64,000 nucleotides of DNA from Octopus sinensis (GCF_006345805.1 NC_042998.1:72974001-73038000), one strand, 5' to 3'; counted from the stretch's first letter, positions 26,961 through 40,407 are shown. The notes: a model not told the origin generated them from the sequence alone. Program-made: numbers and translations.

Positions 26961-28564
26961 AATGAAATATGAAAGACTAGAAGAAATGAAGAAAATTACT
27001 TAATAAAAATACCCTAGAAAAGCCATTACCTTTGAATTTCTGAAAATCTCTGTGGATGAAAATAATTAGACTGACAAAAAAAAAAAAAAGCAGGGCCATT
27101 TACAAGAACAATAACAGTCACAGTAAAACCTGAATAACAACAGCGTTAGACACTTTCTGGGAAAAGAAAACTTCTGTAAATTTATGTTTATATCTGTTAT
27201 TTAAAACATTTTCTCTTCTTTTAAAATAACCTTTTTTATTCGATATGAGTAAAAATAATTACTTCCCGAAATTATCGACCAGCATATTTCATTATCAAAA
27301 AGAACATAAGAGGCACAAGGTACACAGATAAATGTTGCAGCCCTTGTTTCGGAAATGACAGAAGCAACATTGTTATATAAACTAATTTGCTTCTTCCATT
27401 ACATGAAATATAAATGCATAGGAGAGTCTACTTTAAAGATTAAACGGCTGCGAAGCGTATTTGAAATTATAATTTTCCTTCTCGAGCAAATCATCTCGTA
27501 AAAACAAAATCTAGAATTTATATAGTAAAACTTTTTCATGCGGAAACACCGTTCGTAAACTGTCCAGTAAAGTGTGTTTCTCTGTTTATGTGTGCATCTG
27601 TGAGTGTTTGTGTATGTGTGTGTTTTTATGTGTATATGTGTGTGTTTTTATGTGTGTATGTGTGTAGAGCTCCCCTTGTGGAAGCAGACGCTAATATTTT
27701 TAAAGGAAGAATGTTGCATGAGACCACAGGAATGTTTCATTTCCCAACTCGTTTTTATCGAGTAGAATATCTGGTTTCTACATTTTATCATAAAAGAAGT
27801 CAGATACAATTATCTAGCGACTGATGTAAACCATTCTGTGAATGAATATCGAACGAACACATCTGTATTTCATTTCCTTATTGACATGCATTTTGAGATT
27901 TATATGTAAATTTTAGTAACGTCACTTTGTACTGCATACCTTTAAAATCAGAATATTGTCCGTTAGCTGATGTACCATTGTGATGTAAAGTTATCGATAC
28001 ATGCGTCAATAGATGACACATTAAAGCAGTAACAGGAAAGAACACTAATCTTTAACTTGATTAAATCCGTCACACTGAGTTTTAGATCGAAGGTTAATAA
28101 AGTTGACAGAGAAATGTGTAGTTCATAAATCTAATGTAGAGTGCTAAATTTTAACTGAAGTCGAAATACCTCCCTTCTCATCACATTGACAAGCAAATAA
28201 CAATTTTAAGCATTCAATCAAGAGAAGGCAAAATTTGAACTATTCTACCAAAAGTCCATAAGAATGTAAATGAAATTTATTCGAAATATGACTGGTAGAA
28301 AATGTATTTCTATATTATGAATAAGAAAATCAGACTTCATTCCCTATCACCAATTGAAAGTAATCATTTCTCATTATAAACATACTTTGAATGTTGGCAA
28401 GAAAATCCTAGCTACGTTGCACATCTATAATAATACACACCAAAGACTGGTTCTTTCTTACCAATCAAAACCTCATCAGTTTCTATGAACTTCATCGGTG
28501 ATAATATTAATATTCTACACACACACACACACACACAAAACAAAAATACCTGTACGTACACACA

Positions 28565-28603
<39 letters not shown>

Positions 28604-29160
28604 TGATGAATATTTATATGTGTAATGTATGGTGATATGTGCATATTTGTGTATATATGTGCGTATGTGTATAAATACATACCGACATAGATATTTAAGC
28701 ACATACGTGTACATTTGAGTACACGTACAAGTCTACATATATATGATATACATACACTTGGTGTACCGCAAATATGAATATAAATATTTGAACAGGTGGA
28801 ATCTACATGTAGTTGTAACTAGCAAGAATATTTGGAAGAGAGAAAGACAAGAAGAAAGAAATTAGTGAGAAGAGAGTTAGAAAAGTGATCAGGGTACAGA
28901 AGCGTAGAAGAGAAAAAGATAATATTACTAACGCTAAGAGAAAGAACAAGACTGTTCGAATACGTTGCTAAAATACAATTGACTTCACGCTGATAATATC
29001 TGTTAAAACATTTATAACAGAATTCCACTGACATTTCAGTTAGATTCACTTCACCTCGTATTTGCCAACTTCGAAATTAGAATCAATTTGCCCAGGAAAC
29101 AGTTTCGCATATATGCACATTGTGAGCATACCAGCATACATGAAGCGTATACCAATAATA

Positions 29161-29218
<58 letters not shown>

Positions 29219-30129
29219 TATATATATACACATATATATGTGTGTGCATATGTACATGTATGCATACATGTAGGTATGTATGTATAAATATACACAAATA
29301 TAATGATACGTCTATACGCATGTGTGTTAGTTTTCCCCCTTTGTTTGTTACATTATGAATGTATATATATATATATATATTTGCAATGATTACAGAAATG
29401 CATACGTACACTAGCAATGGACTTCTATAAATAGAAATATTTTTGACGTACATATGTGCATATCGTTATTTGTTTATATGCTGTGATTGAGGTAATGGGA
29501 GAGTTTTTTTATTCATTTATTTATTTATTTTTTTGAAATAAACATTGTGAAACAAAACACCAGATACATTATCATAAATAATGTAGTAATATTTCCAGAA
29601 CAGTACAGGCTGTTCACACTGACATAGGCGACTGTTTACGAAGTTCAATTTGCATTCACTAAACCTGGTATTGAATGTCACTTCAAGGCTTATTTTAGGT
29701 AGTACAATTTTACTATAGTCTGAGTTGTTAAAAGTCTGCTAATGAAATTTGGTAGAGAAAAGAAGTGTGTAAATATGTGAATTGTTTATACTGGTTCGTC
29801 GAACTGCTGCTTACATCACGTATTGTGTCGCGGTAAAAGAAACAAAGAATTATGATTTGTGTACCTGTGACAGTATAATATTTTGACAAAACACTGATTA
29901 AACGAGATGCCAGTGCGGTTATTTCATAATTAAGGAATTTTTCAGCTTATTGAACTTCGATAGGGGAAAAATTTACAACATTCTACGTCAATAAGCAACT
30001 ATTGACCCTCAAAGTTGTTTACATAGCTTCTACAGCCTGCTCGAAGCATATTATCTTCCTACACCTTGATCCTCGGATCTTGCATTTACACACACATAAA
30101 CATACACACACACATACACATACACACAC

Positions 30130-30291
30130 AGTATTAATAATGATCAGAAGAACGGAGATTTTTTTAATTTCATGATTTTATTTAACAGTTATTTACAGTA
30201 TCTTTTCGTGTCCCGAAAAGACGCTGTAAACAACTGGTAAATAAAATTACGGATGTGAAAAATCTCCTCTCTCGCTATCATTATTAATACT
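30130..30291. mobile_element. Small palindromic MITE-like element
   Basis: Arms of ~78 bp starting (C)AGTATTAATAATGAT and ending ATCATTATTAATACT, 5-nt loop TGTCC. Confidence 0.7.
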
Positions 30292-30759
30292 ATTACTTAC
30301 GTTATGGAACATATGCAGCCTTGAACAGGGCTGCATTAAGTCTTATAAATGTGATAAACATACATACAAATGAAGCTATATCACCATTCCTCTTTCTTGA
30401 CACCCATTATTTTCCTTTGCTACCCTAAATTGTAGTAGGCTTTAGGTATAAATTATTTCAATAAATTCTTTCTACCACAAAAATAGCAAATTGAAATAAA
30501 GTAATTATTTTAGTCTCTTGTACTGATATAATTTTGCTGCAAAAATAATGGTTTATCCTTCATGCTAGTAAATATGGTCGTCTGCTTCCGAAGACAGCGG
30601 TTTATTTGAAATTGATGTAATGTATTCATTGGTGGATTAAATGGAGCCACTTGAAACGGCCGTACTGCACTGATACTTGGACATCCCATTGTTACTTATT
30701 TACTTTTTATTAACCTAGCTTCGAGCTGCGCGGGTTGTACAGAACTGCGTTGGTGCCTG

Positions 30760-30802
<43 letters not shown>

Positions 30803-32650
30803 GTGTGTGTGTCTGTATTTATGTACACACATATATATATATATTTATATATATCTACATATGTATATATATATATTATATATATATATATATATGTATA
30901 CATATATATACATATGTACACACACACACACATATATATATATATATGCATATATACACATGTATGTATATTTGTGTGTGTGTGTTTCATTAATTACTGT
31001 GTTCAAGCTTTATCTGTTTTATTTTTGATTTTTACATTTTCTTCTTAATTGTTTGTAGCTAGCTTGGAACAATGAACTTTGTAAATTAATATTCAACGCT
31101 TTCAGTCTGTTACAGTTTCCTTTTCAAGAATTTTGCGAAACATAATTCAACTGACCTAAATGTTTGTTTACTTGCAATACTATTTGCACGTGCCTAATAA
31201 AATATTTCTTTGTAGCCTAGGCTGGCGCTGCACGTAATCAGATTGTCTTCATACTGATTTCCTATGAGAAAACTAAGGTTGAAAATGTCATTTCAGAGTT
31301 ATATGCCTTACTGATGATAGCCAAGAAGGTGCCTTGGAATGATTGTTGGTGTTTTTGGACACAGACTACCTAAAAGCGAGAATTCTTCACTTAGGACTTT
31401 CTGTGTGTCATATACGTTCTAAGTCGATATCCAATAAAAATAATTATTCAAGAATAATATTAGACCACAATGCAATGTATTAATTTTTGTCCAATATTCT
31501 GCCGTTATTATAGCTTTATTATATTTTGATATATGATATTATAATAGGTCGCTATAACCCTTACATTCATACGTATACATACGATTATAGCTGATGCACT
31601 TTTGCAATTTCTCGATTTCGCTATTCGATTTTTTTCCCAATATAATTAAGCTAAATAATGTTACTTATTGTATAATATTTAGTACATTAAGGGATATCGA
31701 TATAGTTGGGTCATTATGTAGATTAATCCTGAAATTCTTAGTTTCCCTCATACCCAGACTTGTTGCTCCAGTATAATCGTAGCTATGATGGTTAAAGAAA
31801 GAACTAAACATTTGAACAACTATTTCATAACTGTGGTATTAAAGGAAGTTTTATTATGACTCAAACTAATTTAACAATAAGATAGTTCATAACTTTTACT
31901 TTGAATACGAACCATTGCAAATATATTTTCTCATACTCATATGTCTGACCCATAAGTAGTGTGTAGAATGCCAATTTAGAACTTGACATACATGTAACTT
32001 TTATTTAGTACAAATGTATGTTATCAATTACTCCACTTAAAAATTATTAGATGGAAGCCTAATATTAGTTAACGATAGAACCAGGATCTCCCTGTGGACA
32101 CAGTTGTGGAGCACTTTCAACTTTGTGTTAAATCTGTACGGATATAGAATATAGAATTCTTTTTAAGTTGCACAAGGAAAAATTTCATTTAAAAAAGAGA
32201 GCTCGTGCTATAGCTGTCTTCTTATAAAGGGACAGGACAGTAAAACTTGGTGAGAGCTTCAGGCTATTAAATTGATGGCAGTACTCTATTACTACTTTGT
32301 TTTATCGATCTCGAAAGGTTTGAAAAACATAACTGATTTGAAGGGATATGAATTCCAAATTTAAGAAACCATAACTAAATACCATATGACATTGTCTGAC
32401 AGGTCAACGTTTCTGTTGAGCTACTACCTTTATGATAATGGCCTATAACTATAAATATTTAATCATCTCTAGATATTCCCAATTAAGTAAAATGAATTAA
32501 AGTCAGGTTATATGAGATTAGGAAATATCGAATGGCTTCCGATTTTTTTCATTATGCTTCCGGAATTATCGTTATATTTCGGAATGGCACCTTACATTCG
32601 TTTCTCATTTGTTTCTTATTGTTCTTATTTTATGTCCATTGTGTGGAACA

Positions 32651-32749
32651 CTTTCGTCACTCACCTGTGAACTCTTCAGCGACTTTCCCTGCCACATAAC
32701 AGACGTGGAGTGAAAAGTCATTGAATAAGTCACAGGTGTGTGACGAAAG
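32651..32749. repeat. ~100 bp imperfect palindrome
   Basis: CTTTCGTCACTCACCTGTGA ... TCACAGGTGTGTGACGAAAG (1 mismatch in 20), with weaker inner pairing. Confidence 0.8.
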
Positions 32750-33037
32750 ATTTCGAGATAATTATCATGAAATGAGAACAATAATAAATATGTAGAGAAC
32801 GAGTATATAGTGCGTGTGTTTATTTGGCAAGAAAAATGACCGTCCTGAAATATAATAATGTCTGTTTCAACACATTGTTTCCCATTTACGAACGAAATTC
32901 ATAAACGTAACTTCCACAATCAGTTTTGTTCATATCCACATGTGTCATTGCAATAAATGCATTTATTTTAGGTGATTCAAGTTTTAGTTGTTGCTGTTAT
33001 TTTTGCTGGTGCTACTGCTGTTGTTGTTGTTGTTGCC

Positions 33038-33155
33038 CTTCTTCTTCTTCTTCTTCTTCTTCTTCTTCTTCTTCTTCTTCTTCTTCTTCTTCTTCTTCTT
33101 CTTCTTCTTCTTCTTCTTCTCTTCTTCTTCTTCTTCTTCTTCTTCTTCTTCTTTT
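33038..33155. repeat. (CTT)n microsatellite
   Basis: Long near-perfect array; explains the poly-S/L/F/R ORFs. Confidence 0.95.
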
Positions 33156-34765
33156 TCTCCTTCATCTCGTAGTAATTATTTTGTACTAAAACAGGTCTGA
33201 TCATGCAAACTTTAGACCAAGTATATCCCAGCCATAAGTATCGCATGTTATTTATTTTATATCCATTAATATATTATTTATGTCTTTTATTTTTCTGAGA
33301 ATATAAGATACTATTTGCGGGAACCTGGCAATTTTAAGATATCGGGAGGCAGCTTAGCGGCTGCATCGAGCGCTGAGGTATGCAGTTTAAATATATTCTT
33401 TATTACGTTGATCGAACTGTAGCAGTATAATAATGACGCGATTGTCATGGATTGAGCTGAAATATAAGATGTGAAGAAAACGTCAGAAATTTTGCTCTGA
33501 TGCGCATTACTGTGTTTGCTTAAGAAATTGAAATGCATTGATTATAAATGGTGTGTTAGTTTAGACAGGCACCTGAAAAAAGGGGGAAGAAATGCAGTAT
33601 AAATGGGATAAACAGTTTATGTTTTACCTTCAGAAGTGAGAAATGATATCGTCACCCAAATCGCCGCGTGTCCCGATGAAATGTTTCAGCCTATTCACCT
33701 TTTTTTCTAATTTAATAGCATACAATTTTTCAAGTAAAATACTGTACATTGATGTAATTTTGTGGAGTAAAACGACAAGAAAACATATAGAGTTAAATTA
33801 ACTCAAGAACGTCGTTACAATTCAGCGCGAATTGTACTGATGTAGAGAATTTGATGTTAGATCTGTGTTTCAGATATTAGAATAACACCTTAAAGGAAAT
33901 CGTATGGCGACGTTGGTATTATCACAGTTATAAATACTTAGAAAGAGTACAGATTCAACGTAAATAGCAGAAAGTTTCAAGGCAAAACACAACTTTACTA
34001 CATTTTTGTTTTTTGCCATTCATTAAGGATGTAATTATGAGACTTCCGAAAATTATCTAATACAAATAGACTAATTACAAAAGTGAGAAATATTTGGGCG
34101 GACATGACGTCGTGTATGTTTAGATATTCATCATATTTCAATTAAGAATATCTACAGGAATAAGCAAACATATGTGCTTTAAAATCTAAGACACTTGATA
34201 GAGAAAGTTACATAATCAACGTAATGCATTTACAAATTATACATACTTATGTAATTATGCAATACATTTATGAAGCCGTGTAGTTCCGTTTATTACTTCA
34301 CTCCCTGTGTTTTGCAGGAATTCATTGAACAGAAGCTGTAAACTGAGATGTAAAGGGAAGAATATATGGAAATATACATGCGCCTGCTGAAACAAGTACA
34401 CATTCACACACAGAGACACACATACCCACCTGTGGATATCAACGAGGAATATCTCCCAGTTTATCTATTTTTTACTATTCTATATATCTGTCTTACGCTC
34501 CTGATGTATGTGCATGTTTATGTATGTACCCATCAAAAATAAATAATAAATATCTAAGCAACTGACCCCTAAGTGTCTTCCTAGATTCTTTGTTCTACAT
34601 TTAGCGAATATTTATGCAATTCTTTATTCATTTAAAGAACTGCTTGCTGACCTGATTGCTATAAATAATTAATTGAATAATCATCGCTTTAATACTACGA
34701 ACTCTACAATATATTATATAAAGTTATAAACACACACACACATATGTGCGTGTATGCGTGTGTGT

Positions 34766-34864
34766 AAATCTGGGCTACATATGTTTCATAGCGAGTGGAA
34801 GCTCAGAAGTGGTAAAATAACTTCTGATGTTGCACTCGCTATGAAACATATGTAGTCCGGATTT
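34766..34864. repeat. 99 bp near-perfect hairpin
   Basis: 45 bp arms (3 mismatches, 2 G-T), 9-nt loop GGTAAAATA. Confidence 0.85.
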
Positions 34865-35091
34865 CCCATACTCCATTCCGTAACTCTTGCATTGTTTTTC
34901 CCACACGCGGCAACCCGGGTTGCTTACCGAGGTATAATAAAAGAACTTTTTTGCAGATCATCGTTCTTCGGTAAACCTCCGTCTCAATAAAACACTATTG
35001 TTCCTGAAATTGTTTTTTTTTTTTCAGATTCACTACGGATTACTCAATGCTAACTTTCTAACTACACCCCGAGTAGTGGATATCATACAAT

Positions 35092-35190
<99 letters not shown>

Positions 35191-35304
35191 GACCTCGTGA
35201 AGAAATAGTTGCATCCAACGAAATACTGGTTCAATCCGTAGTATTTTGGGGAAATGAAATTTCCTTAAAACAATAGGTGCATATTAAGCATATAGCTTAT
35301 ATCC

Positions 35305-35732
35305 AGTTAAAAGAAGAAAAAATGGAGATAAGGAAGTTAAATTTTTTTTTTATTATTAAAAAATTGGTCATCTTCTTTTAATTAATATTCAATAATTCAA
35401 TTACAAATTTGTACATTAAATTTTCATTTATGTGACATGAGCATAATTTCATTTCAGAAAAAAAGATGTGTCTTGAGATGTTATATCTGGACCTATCAAT
35501 TCATTTCAGCAGACTCTGAAAAGAATTGATAGGTCCAGATATAGCATCTCAGGGTACTTTTTTCTTTCTGAAATGAAATTATGCTCATGTCACATAAATG
35601 AAAATTTAATGTACAAATTTGTAATTCAATTATTGAGTATTAATTGAGACGTCTGTAAGAAGCGATGACCAATTTGATAATAATAAATAATTGTTAACTT
35701 CCTTATCTACATTATCTGTTCTTCTTTTAACT
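35305..35732. mobile_element. ~430 bp palindromic MITE-like hairpin
   Basis: Arms of ~205-215 bp around a 6-nt loop (CAGACT, 35510-35515). Left end starts (C)AGTT, reminiscent of Tc1/mariner TIRs. Confidence 0.8.
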
Positions 35733-35773
35733 ACACACACACACACACACACACACACACTTACACATATGAA

Positions 35774-36070
35774 GTCGCATGGCTCAGTGGTTAGAGTGTC
35801 GGACGCTCAGCCATGAGGTAGTGAGTTCGTTTCTTGAGCAACACTTTATTTCAAGTAGTTCCAGTTCACTGACCTGTCTAAATGAGTTTCGGCGTCACTG
35901 GTACCAAGCTGTATCAGCCTTTGCCCTTCCCTTGGCGTAGCATGCAGTGGGGGAAGTTGTTATGTATGGGTGACTGCTAGTCTTTAATAAACAACCTTAC
36001 CCGGACTTGTGCCTTGGAGGATAATTTTCTAGGTGTAACCCCTATGGTCATTCATACCCGAAGAATGTCT
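35774..36070 (+). mobile_element. tRNA-derived SINE, third family
   Basis: TGGCTCAGTGGTTAGAGTG A box, GTGAGTTCG B box, CTTGAGCAACACTTTATTTCA body (related to 55480), followed by (CTAC)n. Confidence 0.7.
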
Positions 36071-36277
36071 TTTCCTACCTACCCACTTACCTACCTACCT
36101 ACCTACCTACCTACCTACCTACCTACCTACCTACCTACCTACCTACTGACTTACCTACCTACCTACCTATATACGTACATACATGCATGCATACATGTAT
36201 GCATACATACAAAGGGGGGGGGGTAAAAAGTTATAGGCACTTATGGCAAAACTGTTTTGTTGTGTTAAAGAGTAAAC

Positions 36278-36745
36278 ATGGCAGTTCCGCTTGTAGTCTG
36301 CCGCAATGAAAATCAGAGATCAGTGATCCCATTTCGCTGGTCTGAAGATGAGTCAGAAGCTAAAGATCATTGCAGACATTCTGTTCTACAAGGAAAGAGC
36401 AGTCTACAGTGTATATAGTCGATCAAAAAGTTTTAAAATGGCCTGAAAACTCTGGGGCATGAAGGGATGGTTCTGGCAAACCGGAGAGTAATCATTGATG
36501 TGGTAGTATGTTCTACACAAATTAGTTTTTGTTCTGCATTGGAAATCTTCCGCGGCAATCTTCGCTTTCGTAGTTTTTATTAGATGGGCGCCAACAGAAC
36601 TTACTGAAGCATATAAAATCAAGCTTACTCAACCATTACGACATCGAAGGTGAAGAACTTTTTAAGAGAATAGTCATAGGAGATGAGAGCTGTGTCCACT
36701 AATTTGACCGACAATCTAAAAGGTAGGGTATGGAGTGGAAACTCT
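36278..36745 (+). pseudogene. Mariner transposase remnant with internal deletions
   Basis: MAVPLVVCRNENQRSVIPFRWSE (HTH N-terminus), RWAPTELTE (WVPHEL-like), KRIVIGDESCVH..MEWK (first catalytic D). Confidence 0.8.
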
Positions 36746-37188
36746 CAGGATTGCATGCGTAAATGTAATACAAGACACTTTTCGCTGAACAATTCATACT
36801 AATCGACTTTTGAGACACAACATTATTAATCAAAGGTGAAAACCAACAAGAATGCGAATTATTTTTTTTACTTATCCTCATTCGTAGGCAGGTACACAAG
36901 ATAATGAGGTAAGAAGGAGGCTTATATCAGACTTAAAATCATCATTGTTCAGTTTTTCTTCTTCCTTCTCATTGATCCTGATTTCACTGGGACATGATTT
37001 CCACACAGCTCCCAATAGATCATTCTTGTTACGTTGTCATGTCGTCTTTTGTAATCGGGTTGTACCAATTTCGGGCATTCACTAACAACCATTTCACCTC
37101 ACTCACCACACATTCAGCATTTGTCGGACGAATTTTGGAATATACTGGATTGACTACCATAAAGCTTACAATATGATTCGCACTTTTT

Positions 37189-37338
37189 TCAAGGTAAGCC
37201 AGACACCATTCTCAAATAACCTTCATTTCCTTGTGGCTGTAGTGCTCCTACACCCTCTAGTATTGTAACCGCCTTGAGTTGCCACATTCTTTCAACTTCA
37301 GTTCGGAAATCTTTATAAATTCTTAGCTTTGGCCAAGA
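37189..37338 (-). mobile_element. R2/R4-superfamily restriction-like endonuclease C-terminal fragment abutting (TAA)n
   Basis: KLRIYKDFRTEVERMWQLKAVTILEGVGAL resembles K..KY.DL..E..RMW....IP...GALG of REL-type non-LTR elements. (TAA)n array at 37340-37402. Confidence 0.65.
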
Positions 37339-37404
<66 letters not shown>

Positions 37405-37893
37405 AAGCAATATTCGTGTCAAAAAGCAAAAATTTATTGTTTTGGTCTTTCACGACAATACCCAGTTTATTAACTTCGATGGTTTGCTCTCTATGTACTG
37501 GAAAGTCTTAAATAATCGTTACATGTACTCATTCAGTGACAGCTTAAGGGTGGTGACTATACAACTTGTCGGCAGTTTTGATTCTATAATGCCGACATAC
37601 AAACCAGTGTAGATATTGTATTCGCCGCTCAGTTCATTTAATCCACAGGAATGTGTTCTGCGCTCACTTTCCTCCCTTACATAAACTTCATTAGATTTAT
37701 TATTGTTTCTAATCCTACTAGCCATACAGTAATTAACTACGTCTCTGCTACATTAATGGACACAAGGTCAGCGTAGGCACGTGTCCAAATTGAATATGAA
37801 GAAAATATTTTAACAAACAAATCTTAAAGATACATAACTATCCATTTCTCATCCATTCCTTATTATACACACGCGCGCGCACGCACACACACA

Positions 37894-37935
<42 letters not shown>

Positions 37936-38690
37936 ATATATGTTATCTTTAAACTTGTTCTAGTCATTAGACCGCAGGCATGTGCGGCACCACCTGAAAG
38001 AATCTTTAGTCGAATGTATCGGCACTAGTACTTTTATTTATTCATTTATTTATTTATTTATTTATTTATTTATTTTTGAAACCTGGTACATTTTCTATCT
38101 GTTCTATGCAGGGACGTGCTGTTGGTAAATCACAAAAATGACGAGATATCAGTATACATCTCCTCTGAATACGATCGGTGGCAAGTTACCTCGCCTGCCT
38201 GTGATTTTCAGCTGTTTTGACACCCAGAATAACGAGGAAGTCTTCCACCAGGCGATGCAGGGCAACAAACCAGTGAACAAACAAAACACATACACTGAGT
38301 ATGTACGGTAGATAATGTGTACAACGCTAGCGTTATTGAATTTGATCTAACGTATACATCGTTGTGGCATAACTGCAAGTGGTTTTTTACGCCACTTATA
38401 TAGAATCATGGACTGGTGATTCGATTCGTCCCCGGATCGATTTAGATATGTGATATTGATAAGCCACAAATGACAAATATCGGTACCCCTTAATCTTGAA
38501 TGGTGTCAGAGTCTCGTCGTCTTGCCTGTGCATGACTTTCAGGTACTTTGAAAACAAGAATAATGAGTGAGTCGTTCCCCAAGCACTATTCGGCAGTTAG
38601 CCGGCGAACAAACAGAGCACATACATTGAACGTGTGTGAACGATAATGCCTGAAACCCCTAGTACTGCAACTGTAGTATTGTTTGTGATC

Positions 38691-38722
<32 letters not shown>

Positions 38723-38911
38723 TATATTATGTGAAATAGAAAGATGAATAATCTTGTAGCAGATTAATCAAAAGTTTAACCGATACCTTGGTAGCAAAAA
38801 TCACAGCAGAAGACAGCACGGTTGGAGGTACAACCATAAGGTGTTGCAACCGTGCGTTGGTGCGGATAATTGAAATTAAAATATTTTTTTTGTTTTTTCC
38901 AACGGATTTCC

Positions 38912-39004
38912 TATTTCTTCCTGAAGAGAAAGACACAATATGGTCTCATTATTCAATCGGATTTTCGTAAATTGTGCCTTTCGAAACACGTGTAGAATGA
39001 AATA
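38912..39004 (+). ncRNA. Type I hammerhead ribozyme with long stem II, intact core
   Basis: TATTTC-TTC / CTGAAGA / GAAAGACACAAT..31-nt loop..ATTGTGCCTTTC / GAAA / C ACGT G / TA^GAA-T-GAAATA. Stem I is 9 bp with one bulge, stem II is 11/12 bp, stem III is the palindrome ACACGTGT. Confidence 0.88.
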
Positions 39005-39055
39005 AAACGATTCTGTTCAATCTTCGTTCAGCTCCATTTCTTCAATTCACCAATA

Positions 39056-39150
<95 letters not shown>

Positions 39151-39902
39151 TATACACGTATATACTATGACTACTCATAAAACAGAATATAAAATACTTG
39201 TGCGAAGCTCATACGTGTGTATGCAGTGTTTTCAACTTACTTTTGACAATATTCTTCCTCATGGAAATCTTTCCAAAGATGAAGTCAAGAAATCTTGATG
39301 CATTCTTTTGTAAACTTTTGGCTTTATTTATTTATTTTTCTGCGATCGAGATCAATGATGGATTTCTGATGATAATATCTTGATGTCACTCATACGACGC
39401 TAGCAATTGATGTAATCATCCCAATTCTAATTTAATAACCCAAGGTACTTTGTTTGTTAGGATGCCATATTATGTGTTATCTTGATGTTAGCATTAAAAT
39501 CGGATTTAGACCAATCGTTGTACTTAAAGTTTTGTACATCGTGGTAAATCTAGATGCAATGAAACGAGAGGATGATAAATGAGCAAACACGTCTATTCTG
39601 ATGTAATTAATCACCATGTTTCTTACATTTACCCCAATCCTATTTATATTTTTTAAAACCTGAAATTTCAAAAATAACTGTTTCATCTTCTGGTGCTACG
39701 GTATCTACCCGTTTACATACATTTGTATCCTTTGTACACGTAACACAATGCAACTATGCTTTTGCAGTATTTTAAGAAAATTACAATAAAAGTGAAATTT
39801 TATTGCTACCAAAATGTTGTTCTGAGACGAGATGCAATTAACTTAAGGAGGGGAAATATTCGAGCGGTTTGTTCACTGTATTTTGCATGTACATATATGT
39901 AT

Positions 39903-39977
<75 letters not shown>

Positions 39978-40238
39978 CATTTTTTTTTATTTGTCTTCAT
40001 TTTCTTCTCACGCCTTTTGGATTTTTTGAACTTTTATACTCTGTACGTCATTACTTTGCCTTTCTCTATCTCAAATTTTTCATCGTGTTACTCTCTTGTT
40101 GAAGAGTGTAGTCTCGAAAAAGAAAAGACTTTCTCACATTCCAGAGCGTAAAACTAATACACCAGTTCGTTCTTTATACAAATGTCTTCGTCTAGTCTTT
40201 TTCTGTAAATTTCAATTATATATATGCGGTGTATTATG

Positions 40239-40323
<85 letters not shown>

Positions 40324-40371
40324 CATGTGCGTGTGTTTGTGCGTTTGCATGAAATTATATTGATACATGCA

Positions 40372-40407
<36 letters not shown>

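Noticed and set aside
28445-28485. Minus-strand CTGATGA..GAAA..GTC
   Set aside because: Stems II and III do not form.
33308-33377. Exon-like YYLREPGNFKISGGSLAAASSAE|GTATGC
   Set aside because: Weak acceptor and unrecognised peptide; unsupported without RNA data.
38012-38032. Minus-strand AAGTACTAGTGCCG resembling miR-252
   Set aside because: Lies in a decayed SINE tail; only a partial match and no hairpin.
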